Shown here piece after piece: positions 37,229-45,347 of a DNA stretch of 48,260 nucleotides. This DNA is from Candidatus Bathyarchaeota archaeon. GTDB lineage: Archaea; Thermoproteota; Bathyarchaeia; TCS64; B23. The stretch's first letter is position 1; every line of letters starts with the position of its first letter. A model generated the notes under the pieces. That model saw only the letters and a list, made by a program, of their open reading frames with translations. It ran no database searches and was not told the origin of the DNA. The stretch lies in contig JAGHBJ010000106.1 of NCBI GenBank assembly GCA_021161045.1, positions 1-48,260 on the forward strand, in the 5' to 3' direction. Position numbers and translations under genes: made by a program.

Positions 37229-37760
37229 ATCTCAACACCTCTATCGGGTTCAGCCTCATGGCTCTATAAGCTGGATAGAGGGAGGAAACTATGGAGATGA
37301 GAGTTGAAAGTAGCAGTGTTGAGGAGAGGCCGAGATAGTTGACGCCGGTGAGAGAGGTGGATGTATTGGAGATCAGGGTGGATATGAAGCCCAATAGGAT
37401 GCCGATTCCCCCTCCGATTAGACCCTGGATCAAGGCCTCCACGATTAGGAGTAGGAAGACATGTCGATCCAAGGCTCCAAGACATTTGAGAACTCCGATC
37501 TCCCTATACCTCTCATAGACGGAGATGAGCATAACCGTCGCCATCGAGACCGCCGCCACAATGACGGCGACGGAGAGAAGCCAAAGCCTATAGGTTCTAA
37601 GAGTTTGCGTCCCCATTCTCATCAATGCTATATAGGCGTAGAAGGCTGAGGCGAGGGAGATGGATGCGATGTTCACAGGGGCCTGCCCCCTACCTCTGAT
37701 ATATCTCAAGCCTAGCCTGAAGGCGTCGGTGAGGCCGAAGTGAGTTGAGTCACCGTTCAA
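37218..37760 (-). CDS. Short FtsX-family permease lacking the extracytoplasmic domain
   Basis: 180-aa ORF with four TM helices and the FtsX core EIGVLKCLGALDRHVFLLLIVEALIQGLIGG. It overlaps the ATPase gene by 11 nt. Confidence 0.7.
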   Translation of the reverse strand: MNGDSTHFGLTDAFRLGLRYIRGRGQAPVNIASISLASAFYAYIALMRMGTQTLRTYRLWLLSVAVIVAAVSMATVMLISVYERYREIGVLKCLGALDRHVFLLLIVEALIQGLIGGGIGILLGFISTLISNTSTSLTGVNYLGLSSTLLLSTLISIVSSLYPAYRAMRLNPIEVLRYEV

Positions 37761-37779
37761 TTAGAATCCCTTCCAGAGG

Positions 37780-38001
37780 CTAGTTAGCCTCCTCCCACTC
37801 CTCCCAGTCTTCCTCCCCCCATTCCTCTTCCTCCCATTCCTCCCACTCCTCTTCAACCCACCCCTCCTCACCCTCTAGGTCTAGGCAGTCGTAGCACAGC
37901 AACCTCTTAGGGTCTCCACACTCGTCGCAGAATTTGGCTCCACAGCGGGAGCATTCGTAGAGGGTGACGGCCTCCATGCCGCAGATGTCGCAGATCGGCA
38001 T
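37780..38001 (-). CDS. Small eight-Cys zinc-ribbon protein with C-terminal Trp/Glu-repeat acidic tail
   Basis: 73-aa ORF with four CxxC pairs (CDIC, CSRC, CDEC, CYDC) followed by EGWVEEEWEEWEEEEWGEEDWEEWEEAN. It is the first gene of the minus-strand FtsX/ABC operon, 19 nt upstream of the short permease. Confidence 0.55.
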   Translation of the reverse strand: MPICDICGMEAVTLYECSRCGAKFCDECGDPKRLLCYDCLDLEGEEGWVEEEWEEWEEEEWGEEDWEEWEEAN

Positions 38002-38070
38002 ATCCTCCCCCAGTGAAATGGGAGGGCGTCCATCAGCTTATAAAGGTTTAGCGACTTCCTCTAAGGGGGC

Positions 38071-38577
38071 ATGGCCATAGGGCGGTTCCAAGTTATGGCG
38101 ATGCTCCAGGCCGCCAGGGCCTATAGGCTCGGCCTTCCCCTTGAATCTTCGCTGAGCTGGGGGCTTAACAGGGCGATCTTCTACGCAGCAGCTAAGAGAG
38201 GCTTCAGGAGACTTAAGATGCCTAAGAGGCCGAGGGAGGAGATGCTTAAGAGGCCGATAATGGAGAGGCGGGATGTCTTCTACCTCGGCGATGAGATGGC
38301 CTATAAGGCTGAGGTGGACGGAGTCCTCTGCTTCACCATCGGTGGAAAACCTCAGACGGCTGAGGATTTCAGGCGGGAGATCGCCAGACGCTTCGGCGAG
38401 GCCTTCGACGAGGCCTGGAGGGAGGCCCTTGAGATCGTCGGCAGCTACGACAAGGAGATACTACTATCTCAGAGGAGATTCTATGAGGAGGTCTATAAGC
38501 CTCGCAGAGATATTCTAGCTGAGAGATGGAGTAGACTGGTGAGGGAGCGGAGAAGGACTTCTAACTCCTCCTCCTGA
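38071..38577 (+). CDS. Hypothetical basic protein
   Basis: 168-aa ORF with coding-like composition. I recognise no motif. Confidence 0.4.
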   Translation: MAIGRFQVMAMLQAARAYRLGLPLESSLSWGLNRAIFYAAAKRGFRRLKMPKRPREEMLKRPIMERRDVFYLGDEMAYKAEVDGVLCFTIGGKPQTAEDFRREIARRFGEAFDEAWREALEIVGSYDKEILLSQRRFYEEVYKPRRDILAERWSRLVRERRRTSNSSS

Positions 38578-38755
38578 GGAGCTCCTCAAGATATTCGGGG
38601 AGTGTCTCACCCTCGCGGGGTATCCTAACTCCCCTCCTCGCCTCCCTTATAGCCTCTATGATGGATATTGCGAAGAAGGAGAGGATCGTGGAGATGAGGG
38701 GGGAGAGCAATAGGAGCGCTATAAACGTCTCCCAGCTCTCCATCCCATTTGTCAC
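38561..38755 (-). CDS. Hypothetical small single-TM protein
   Basis: 64-aa ORF with one hydrophobic helix (FIALLLLSPLISTILSFFAISII) and a charged tail. It could be spurious. Confidence 0.3.
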   Translation of the reverse strand: MTNGMESWETFIALLLLSPLISTILSFFAISIIEAIREARRGVRIPREGETLPEYLEELLRRRS

Positions 38756-38827
38756 ATCTGAATGGTGGAAATAAAACTTTACGTCGACACCATTTTAACA
38801 TCTAAGGTGAATCATCCGAGGAGAGCT

Positions 38828-40027
38828 ATGAGACTCTACATCAGTGAGGAGGAGTATAAGCGTCGAATAGAGAGGGTTAGAGAGGAGCTGGAGAGGCGAA
38901 ACCTTGATGCGCTATTGCTGACAAATCCCAAACACATCTTCTATCTCACCGGCTACACCCACATACCAACCGAGAGACCAGCCCTACTACTGGTTCCAAG
39001 GGAGGGGGAACTCGCCTTCCTCGGCCCCCTATTAGAGGAGGATCACCTACGCCATCAGACCAGACTTATAGGTGAAGTACGAACATACTTCGACTACCCT
39101 GGAGAGCGCCATCCAATAGAGCTTTTCGCCGAATGGCTCAGGGAGATGGGCTACGCCAAGGCGAAGCTGGGAGCCGACAACCCAGCTGGGGCCTCAGGCA
39201 TCTACGGCTATGTGGGGCCGCCGCTAAGCGAGAAGCTTCCTGAAGCCACTTTCACGAGGGCTGGAGACATCATCTGGAAGATGCGGCTCATAAAATCCGA
39301 CGCGGAGATCACCCTCATAAGGGAGAGCGCCAAGTGGGGGAACCTCGCCCATCGATTATTGCAGGAATACACGGCTCCAGGCCTATGGGATGTGGAGATC
39401 TCCCTAATGGCGTCGCTGGAGGCTACGTCGATGATGAAGAAGACCCTCGGCGTCGAATATATCCCAACGAGAGCGGGGAGACCCCCAGCCTACGCAGGCT
39501 TCAGAGGCCAGGTGGGATGGAAATCGGCGATGCCCCACTCTATAGGGATTGGACGGGAGATCAGGGTTGGAGACGTCCTCATAACTGGAGCCGGAGCCGA
39601 TGTAGGCGGCTACAGCAGCGAGCTGGAGAGAACGCTAATCGTCGGGAAGCCATCAGAGAAGCAGCGTAGACTCTTCGAGGTGATGTTAAAAGCCCAGGAG
39701 GCAGCCCTAGAGGCGATGGCTCCAGGGGTGAGATGCTGCGACGTTGACAGGGCCGCCAGGAAGATCATCGTCGACGCCGGCTATGGAGACTACATGCGTC
39801 ATCACACGGGTCATGGGATAGGTCTAGATGGCCATGAGCCTCCATGGCTCGATATAGGCAACGAGGAACCACTTAAACCTGGGATGGTTGTGAGCTGTGA
39901 GCCGGGCATCTATATACCTGGCTTCGCAGGGTTCAGACACTCGGATACGGTGTTGATCACTGAGGATGGGGCGGAGAGGATCACATACTATCCGAGAGAC
40001 TTGGAGAGCCTCGTGATCTCTGTTTAA
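38828..40027 (+). CDS. M24-family Xaa-Pro aminopeptidase / creatinase-like peptidase
   Basis: It has a creatinase-like N-domain (RNLDALLLTNPKHIFYLTGY) and a pita-bread metal-ligand region (HHTGHGIGLDGHEPP...EPGIY). The track ORF starts at 38762. The ATG at 38828 (MRLYISEEEY) is the likely start. Confidence 0.8.
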   Translation: MRLYISEEEYKRRIERVREELERRNLDALLLTNPKHIFYLTGYTHIPTERPALLLVPREGELAFLGPLLEEDHLRHQTRLIGEVRTYFDYPGERHPIELFAEWLREMGYAKAKLGADNPAGASGIYGYVGPPLSEKLPEATFTRAGDIIWKMRLIKSDAEITLIRESAKWGNLAHRLLQEYTAPGLWDVEISLMASLEATSMMKKTLGVEYIPTRAGRPPAYAGFRGQVGWKSAMPHSIGIGREIRVGDVLITGAGADVGGYSSELERTLIVGKPSEKQRRLFEVMLKAQEAALEAMAPGVRCCDVDRAARKIIVDAGYGDYMRHHTGHGIGLDGHEPPWLDIGNEEPLKPGMVVSCEPGIYIPGFAGFRHSDTVLITEDGAERITYYPRDLESLVISV

Positions 40028-40341
40028 CCCTTATAGAGGCCGAGGGCGAAGCCGGAGGCGAAGCCGAAGCCAAGTAGATTCGACGCTCCGAGAATCACGT
40101 CCTGCAGCTCCACCGCCCTGGAGAGGAGGGATGAGAGGAAGCTCTCCAGCGCCCGATAATTTATGGTGATAACACCCTCCCACTGGAGATATTGTAGGAT
40201 CATGAGGAGAGAGCCGAGGGAGAGGAGGATGATCCTCCCCACTTTCTTTAAGGCGTAGCCTGAGGCGTATCCTATGACGCCGCCTATGGCCGTAGACTTA
40301 ACCGCCGGATTTGAGAGGAGGGTGGGGAGGTCTATAATCAT
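40024..40341 (-). CDS. FUN14-family small membrane protein
   Basis: 105-aa ORF. GGVIGYASGYALKKVGRIILLSLGSLLMILQYLQWEGVITINY fits the FUN14 pattern. Confidence 0.5.
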   Translation of the reverse strand: MIIDLPTLLSNPAVKSTAIGGVIGYASGYALKKVGRIILLSLGSLLMILQYLQWEGVITINYRALESFLSSLLSRAVELQDVILGASNLLGFGFASGFALGLYKG

Positions 40342-40405
40342 CGCTTCCGAATTAAGACTCTCCTCCCCCTTAAAACATCTTATGGATTGAGAAAAAGGTA
40401 TAGAA

Positions 40406-40660
40406 CTACCTAACCCTCTCCAGATATAGGACGTTGTTGATAACTGATGTCTTCACCTTATCCCTCAAACCACGGACTTCAATTCTCTTGTTCAGCTGCA
40501 TCCTCACATAGTTTGGATTCTTACCCTCAACCTTCACCTCCACGACATCCTTATCTGACTCCAGAAATGCATCTATGATAGGATCATATTTGCTTCCCCT
40601 TCTATATCTCCTCCTAGGCTTGCTCTCAACAGGCTTCAGCGTATATTTCAGCCCCTTCAT
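40406..40660 (-). CDS. Hypothetical small basic protein
   Basis: 84-aa ORF in an AT-richer stretch with a basic N-terminus (KPRRRYRRGSKY). I recognise no family. Confidence 0.4.
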   Translation of the reverse strand: MKGLKYTLKPVESKPRRRYRRGSKYDPIIDAFLESDKDVVEVKVEGKNPNYVRMQLNKRIEVRGLRDKVKTSVINNVLYLERVR

Positions 40661-40708
40661 GATGACGCCCAGAAAGAAGGATTCATGTCAATTATATATA
40701 ATTGACCC

Positions 40709-41608
40709 CTACCCTTTTAAGATATCAAGGATCTCCTCTAAAGCTCCCTTAGCCTTCTCATAGGTCTCCTGAGTTATTGAACCCTCATTCAGCAGCTCCT
40801 CCAGGTTTTTCATCATCTCTCCTATGGAGCTCTCCAGCTCCTCGTCGTTCATGCCCATGGCCTTCGACAATCCCTTCAGGTAGTCGATCTCGGCTTTAAG
40901 CCGCTCCGCCTCATCACCTAGTTTCTCCACGTCCCATCTGTAGGCGGGGGCCTTGACTTCATACTCCTCCTCGGAGGCGTCGCCTATGGCCCTCCTGATC
41001 TCCAGCTCCTCAAGTTTCATCCTGGCCTCCATCAATTTCTCCTCCAGCTCCTCCAGCTGTACTCTACGTCTCTCCAGTAGCCCCCTCCGCTCGGAGAGCC
41101 ATCTCTCACCTCTCTCCACATAGTGGCCTAGCAGCCGCTTGAAGGCCTCCTCCCTCATTTCTCCATTTAGTAGCATTTTCACCATTCTCATCCTGATGGA
41201 GAGATTCTTCGCCACCTCCCTCATAACCTCCTCCAGGGGTGGGGGAGGTGTGAATATCTCAGCTTCCTCCTCAGCGGCCTCGATGACCTCCGCCGTCTCC
41301 TCCTCGATGCCTTCCTCCCCTTCCTCCTCAACCTTCTCCTCCGCCTCCTCTAGAGGGGCTTCCTCCCTCTCTGCCTCTTCCTCCACCTCCACATTCTCCT
41401 CCTCAGTCGCTTCTTCCTCCTCGAATTCGACCTTGTATAGGGGGTATCCACAGTTGAGGCAGTAGAGCGTCTTCGGAACCATCTCATGGCAACTAGGGCA
41501 TCTAACTAGGTCTTCAGTCGACTCCACTTCCATCTTCTCCCCTGGTAGAAGGGGGCTTCTAAGAAGCGGTTCAACCTTTTCAGAGACCTCTTTCAAGTAA
41601 TATATCAA
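40709..41608 (-). CDS. Zinc-ribbon protein with poly-acidic linker and coiled-coil / SHOCT-like repeats
   Basis: 299-aa ORF with these parts:
- a CPSC...CLNC zinc ribbon;
- a Glu-rich linker of about 70 aa;
- heptad-like helices;
- three G-x-(I/M)-x-x-E-x-(Y/F) motifs (LNGEMREEAFKRLL, GDASEEEYEV, NEGSITQETYEKAK). Confidence 0.5.
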   Translation of the reverse strand: MIYYLKEVSEKVEPLLRSPLLPGEKMEVESTEDLVRCPSCHEMVPKTLYCLNCGYPLYKVEFEEEEATEEENVEVEEEAEREEAPLEEAEEKVEEEGEEGIEEETAEVIEAAEEEAEIFTPPPPLEEVMREVAKNLSIRMRMVKMLLNGEMREEAFKRLLGHYVERGERWLSERRGLLERRRVQLEELEEKLMEARMKLEELEIRRAIGDASEEEYEVKAPAYRWDVEKLGDEAERLKAEIDYLKGLSKAMGMNDEELESSIGEMMKNLEELLNEGSITQETYEKAKGALEEILDILKG

Positions 41609-41794
41609 GATTCTCCCATTAGATCTCCAGGATTTTCAAATGTGATCCAAGAGGCATCGATGGACACCGGTGTCTGGAGAATAAAGCGTTAAACTCCTCC
41701 CTCTCCTTCCATTCCTCTTTATAGTTTGAGCATAACGGGGATCGAAATCTCTTAATTGGAGTGAATCTAAAATCCCTGAACCTCCCCATAGAAG

Positions 41795-43366
41795 GTGGGG
41801 AGATCACTGTCAGGGGATGTTGAGGGATATCTGGAGCGCTCGGCGCGGGGAGTCTTCATATTACTAATAGGGAAGGTTCTCTCCACCGGCTTCTCGGCTC
41901 TAGCCGTCATCCTCATCGCGAGGCTGATAGGTTCAAGGGCCTATGGCCATGTCTCGATGGCGATGATACCCGTCTCCATCGCCATCCTCTTCTCGGATCC
42001 AGGTGTCTCAGCTGGATTAACGAGGCATATCGCATATTATACTGCCGCTAGAAAACGGGGCGATGTTCCACCCCTGCTAAAGGCTGGGCTGGGTTTAAAT
42101 CTCCTCCTAAGCCTCCTCCTCGCATTTCTCGTCTATTTCCTCTCTTCCCCCATCTCATCTCTCTTCCACGAGCCGGCTATAGAGGCCTTAATCAGGTTAG
42201 CCTCCCTCTACATCATCGTCAACACGCTTCTCTCAACGTCTCAAGCCATCTTCACAGGCTTCGAGAGGATGGAGCTCTACACCCTCACCTCGGTTGTCTA
42301 CTCCATTCTCCGCTGCATCTTCTCTATACTCCTCATCCTGATAGGTCTCGGGGCGCTGGGAGCCGTAGCTGGAAACGTCCTCGCAACGGCTGTCTCCGCC
42401 CTTCTAGCCCTCCTCCTCATCGTCCCCTATCTTAGATTCCCTTCAAATAGCTCTCTAGATATCTCCGCTGCGACGTCTCTACTCTTATCCTATGGTTCTC
42501 CACTCTTCGTATCGAATCTCCTCACGGTGGGGCTTAACCAGCTCTACAGCTTTCTCCTCGCCTCCAACGTAGAGGCCTATATTATGGGGAATTATCAGGC
42601 TGCCGTCAACTTCTCAGCTCTTCTAGGGCTGCTCACCGTGCCGATAACCACTGCCCTCTTCCCCCTCTTCTCTAAGCTGGATGGTGGTATGCTGAGGGAG
42701 GCCTTCCAGGTATCGGTGAAGTACACCGCCTTCCTCCTAATCCCTGCGACCCTGCTTTTAGTCGCGGTCTCGAGGGAGATCGTCTGGATCGTCTATGGGG
42801 GGAGTTACAGCCTGGCTTCTAGGTATCTAGCCCTCTACCTCCTTAACTTTCTCTTCATAGGTCTTGGAGGTCTGAGCGTCGCTAATCTCCTCAATGGGCA
42901 GGGTGAGACTAAGGTGGTTCTCCATATGCGCCTCTTAAACCTCTTGTTGGGTCTACCCCTCGCCTTCATCCTCATACCTCGATTTGGGGCTATAGGTCTC
43001 ATAGCCACGTTGATAGTATCCCCTAGGCTCGGCCTCTTCTATGGCCTATATTGGATATGGAGGAACTATGGCTTTACAGTTGACTTTTCATCCTCTGGCA
43101 AGATATATCTCTCCGCTGGTATAGCTCTCCTCGTAGTCTGGCCTCTACTGCTTTCCCTGCATCTATCTCCTTGGCTGTCCCTCCTATTGGGGGCCTCCCT
43201 CTATATCCTGATCTACCTCTTTCTCACCGTCCTCCTCAGGCTTCTAGATGAGCGTGACTTAAGGAATCTAAGGAGGATGGTGGAGGCTTTAGGCCCCCTA
43301 TCAACGCTCTTCAATCCTCTCCTCTCCCTTCTGGAGACTCTCCTGGAGAGGTTAACCCCCGGTTAA
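41795..43366 (+). CDS. MOP-superfamily oligosaccharide/polysaccharide flippase (Wzx-like)
   Basis: 523-aa ORF with GTG start, about 14 TM helices, and an N-terminal GVFILLIGKVLSTGFSALAVILIARLIG typical of Wzx/MATE-like flippases. Confidence 0.65.
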   Translation: MGRSLSGDVEGYLERSARGVFILLIGKVLSTGFSALAVILIARLIGSRAYGHVSMAMIPVSIAILFSDPGVSAGLTRHIAYYTAARKRGDVPPLLKAGLGLNLLLSLLLAFLVYFLSSPISSLFHEPAIEALIRLASLYIIVNTLLSTSQAIFTGFERMELYTLTSVVYSILRCIFSILLILIGLGALGAVAGNVLATAVSALLALLLIVPYLRFPSNSSLDISAATSLLLSYGSPLFVSNLLTVGLNQLYSFLLASNVEAYIMGNYQAAVNFSALLGLLTVPITTALFPLFSKLDGGMLREAFQVSVKYTAFLLIPATLLLVAVSREIVWIVYGGSYSLASRYLALYLLNFLFIGLGGLSVANLLNGQGETKVVLHMRLLNLLLGLPLAFILIPRFGAIGLIATLIVSPRLGLFYGLYWIWRNYGFTVDFSSSGKIYLSAGIALLVVWPLLLSLHLSPWLSLLLGASLYILIYLFLTVLLRLLDERDLRNLRRMVEALGPLSTLFNPLLSLLETLLERLTPG

Positions 43367-44116
43367 CACCCGTTCGGGATGGGTGTAGATATTCATCCGT
43401 CCCTCTCTGAGGAAGCAGATGAGAGTGATCCCCGTCACCTCGGCGGCCTTTACCCCAGAGGAGATGGGGGCGGCCCTCGATGCTATGAGGGGTATACCAC
43501 ATTGGGCTGCCTTGAGCACCATGGAGGCTGACTGCCTCCCCGTGCTGAACAGCATGAAACCCCGCGGCCTCAGATCCCTGAGAAGCATCGAGCCGACGGC
43601 CTTATCCACAGCCGAGTGGCGGCTTACATCCTCCACATAGGCGGCGATCTCGCCTTGAGGCGACGCCAGGAGAGCTCCATGGACTCCACCGGTCCTTCTG
43701 AAGGCTTCTCCCCTCCTCTCCATCTCCTCTATCAGCCTCATCAATCTCTCAGCCTCCACCTTGATGTCTACGTCGACTCTAAGCTCCCTCAGCCTCTCAA
43801 CCGGTTTGACTCCCTCAGCCTCCGATAGGAGTTGACCCTCTAGATCCTGGATGTCGGCCACATCTATCTCTCTTCTCAGCCTCACATATACCCTAGGGGG
43901 TTTGATGATGATCTCCTCGACTTCATCTGGATGGGCGATGCCATGGGTGTAGAGGTGGCCATATACGAGTTCTCTCCTCATGGTTGGGGAGGCCGTGAGC
44001 CTCCGATATCTAACACCGTTGATGTGGAGCTCCAAGCTCTCATCGAGGGCGACCTGATCCCTTATCTTCCTGATGCCTGAGGCATCTAGTCTATGGAGTG
44101 TCAACTCGGCGATCAT
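43352..44116 (-). CDS. fdhD: FdhD/NarQ-family sulfurtransferase (molybdoenzyme maturation)
   Basis: 254-aa ORF. The C-terminal STGRQSASMVLKAAQCGIPLIASRAAPISSGVKAAEVTGITLICFLREGRMNIYTHPERV closely follows the FdhD consensus. Confidence 0.8.
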   Translation of the reverse strand: MIAELTLHRLDASGIRKIRDQVALDESLELHINGVRYRRLTASPTMRRELVYGHLYTHGIAHPDEVEEIIIKPPRVYVRLRREIDVADIQDLEGQLLSEAEGVKPVERLRELRVDVDIKVEAERLMRLIEEMERRGEAFRRTGGVHGALLASPQGEIAAYVEDVSRHSAVDKAVGSMLLRDLRPRGFMLFSTGRQSASMVLKAAQCGIPLIASRAAPISSGVKAAEVTGITLICFLREGRMNIYTHPERVLTGG

Positions 44117-44138
44117 AATTTCCTTTCCACATCCATCT

Positions 44139-45344
44139 TCATCTTTTAAGCACTCTTAGGAGGGTTCCCTCTATCAGCTTCATCTTTGCATCGATGTGGC
44201 AGAGAACCACTTTCATCACGGTCTCCTCATTCACCAATCCCATCTTGACGGCGAGGTTGAAACGTCGATCGGAGGAGAGGAGTAGATCCACTATCTTTCT
44301 GATTCTCAGCGAGTTCTCCAGGGTTTCGCCCAGCTGTCTCCTCCATTCCTCCTCGTATAGTCTTAGGGTCTGGCCCTCTAGGAGGTGCTGGGCGATGGCC
44401 CAACCCGCGATTCTGCCGCAGATGAGGGCCGGTGGGATTCCCCCGCCGACGGAGGGTATCGTCTGCCCCGCGGCGTCTCCGACGGCTAGGATGTCAGCCC
44501 CATAGGTTCTCTTTAGGGGGCCGCTGACCGGTATGAAGCCCACCTTCACCGCCGTCGACTTAGCCTTCCTCAACCTCTCCGAGGCCTCGGGATGCTGCTT
44601 AACAAATCTGTCGAAGTAGTCTCTGATGCCTAGTCCAGGCTTCATGTAGGGGGTTCTGGCGCCCACGCCGACGTTGGCTATGTCCCGCCCCTTAGGAATG
44701 ATCCATGCATAGGTTCCAGGGGCGTAGTGTTCACCGAAGTACATCTCGATGGTTGAGGGATCCTGATCCACATCCACCATCTCATGTTGATATCCCACGG
44801 CGTAGTCGTAGGGATCCCTGGGGACGGGGAGGCCTCCTCTCCTGGCCATTAGCGAGTAGGCTCCATCGGCTGCCACCACCACCCTGGCTGAGACCTCTGA
44901 GAGGCTACCCGAGTGTTTTAGGAGTATTCCCTTTCCCGTGAGGGCTATCGCCTTGGCGTTGGGCATAAGCTCAGCTCCAGCCCTGGCGGCCTCGACGGCG
45001 AGATATTTATCGTAGAGTTTTCTCTCCACGACCACCCCTTTGAAGGGTATGGAGACTTCAAAGCCCCCTGGAAAGTTGAATCTAACTCTACTAGTTCTGT
45101 TGAGGATACACCATGCAGGGGGGTCGAAGAGGGCTTCGAGATCCTCAGCCTTTGGGGCGAGCCTCCTCATCTCCTCAAGGCTTGGGATGAACTCTCCGCA
45201 TTTATCTGGAACCCCTATCTCCAAGCTCCTATCAATTAGGAGAACCCTCAGACCTCTTGAGGCCGCCTCTCTCGCCGTGAGGGAGCCTGCTGGCCCCGCC
45301 CCGACGACGATGACGTCATAATCCCTCTCCTCTACTTGGCTCAG
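44139..45344 (-). CDS. Geranylgeranyl reductase family flavoprotein (digeranylgeranylglycerophospholipid reductase-like)
   Basis: The track ORF (TTG at 45224) lacks the FAD fold. The same frame is open up to the idsA stop and encodes DYDVIVVGAGPAGSLTAREAASRGLRVLLIDR. The only plausible initiator is CTG at 45342-45344, 6 nt after a GGAGGTG Shine-Dalgarno sequence. Confidence 0.75.
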   Translation of the reverse strand: MSQVEERDYDVIVVGAGPAGSLTAREAASRGLRVLLIDRSLEIGVPDKCGEFIPSLEEMRRLAPKAEDLEALFDPPAWCILNRTSRVRFNFPGGFEVSIPFKGVVVERKLYDKYLAVEAARAGAELMPNAKAIALTGKGILLKHSGSLSEVSARVVVAADGAYSLMARRGGLPVPRDPYDYAVGYQHEMVDVDQDPSTIEMYFGEHYAPGTYAWIIPKGRDIANVGVGARTPYMKPGLGIRDYFDRFVKQHPEASERLRKAKSTAVKVGFIPVSGPLKRTYGADILAVGDAAGQTIPSVGGGIPPALICGRIAGWAIAQHLLEGQTLRLYEEEWRRQLGETLENSLRIRKIVDLLLSSDRRFNLAVKMGLVNEETVMKVVLCHIDAKMKLIEGTLLRVLKR

Positions 45345-45347
45345 GGG

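Noticed and set aside
41230-41440. Highly repetitive CTCCTC/TTCCTC nucleotide runs here and at 37790-37880, considered as a possible tandem repeat or CRISPR-like array.
   Set aside because: They are the antisense of GAG/GAA (Glu) codons within intact ORFs, so this is low-complexity coding sequence. There is no repeat-spacer periodicity.
41619-41807. 62-aa minus-strand ORF between the zinc-ribbon coiled-coil gene and the flippase.
   Set aside because: It overlaps the flippase start and has odd composition (Arg/Phe/Ser/Pro-rich). It sits in what is more plausibly a divergent promoter region.
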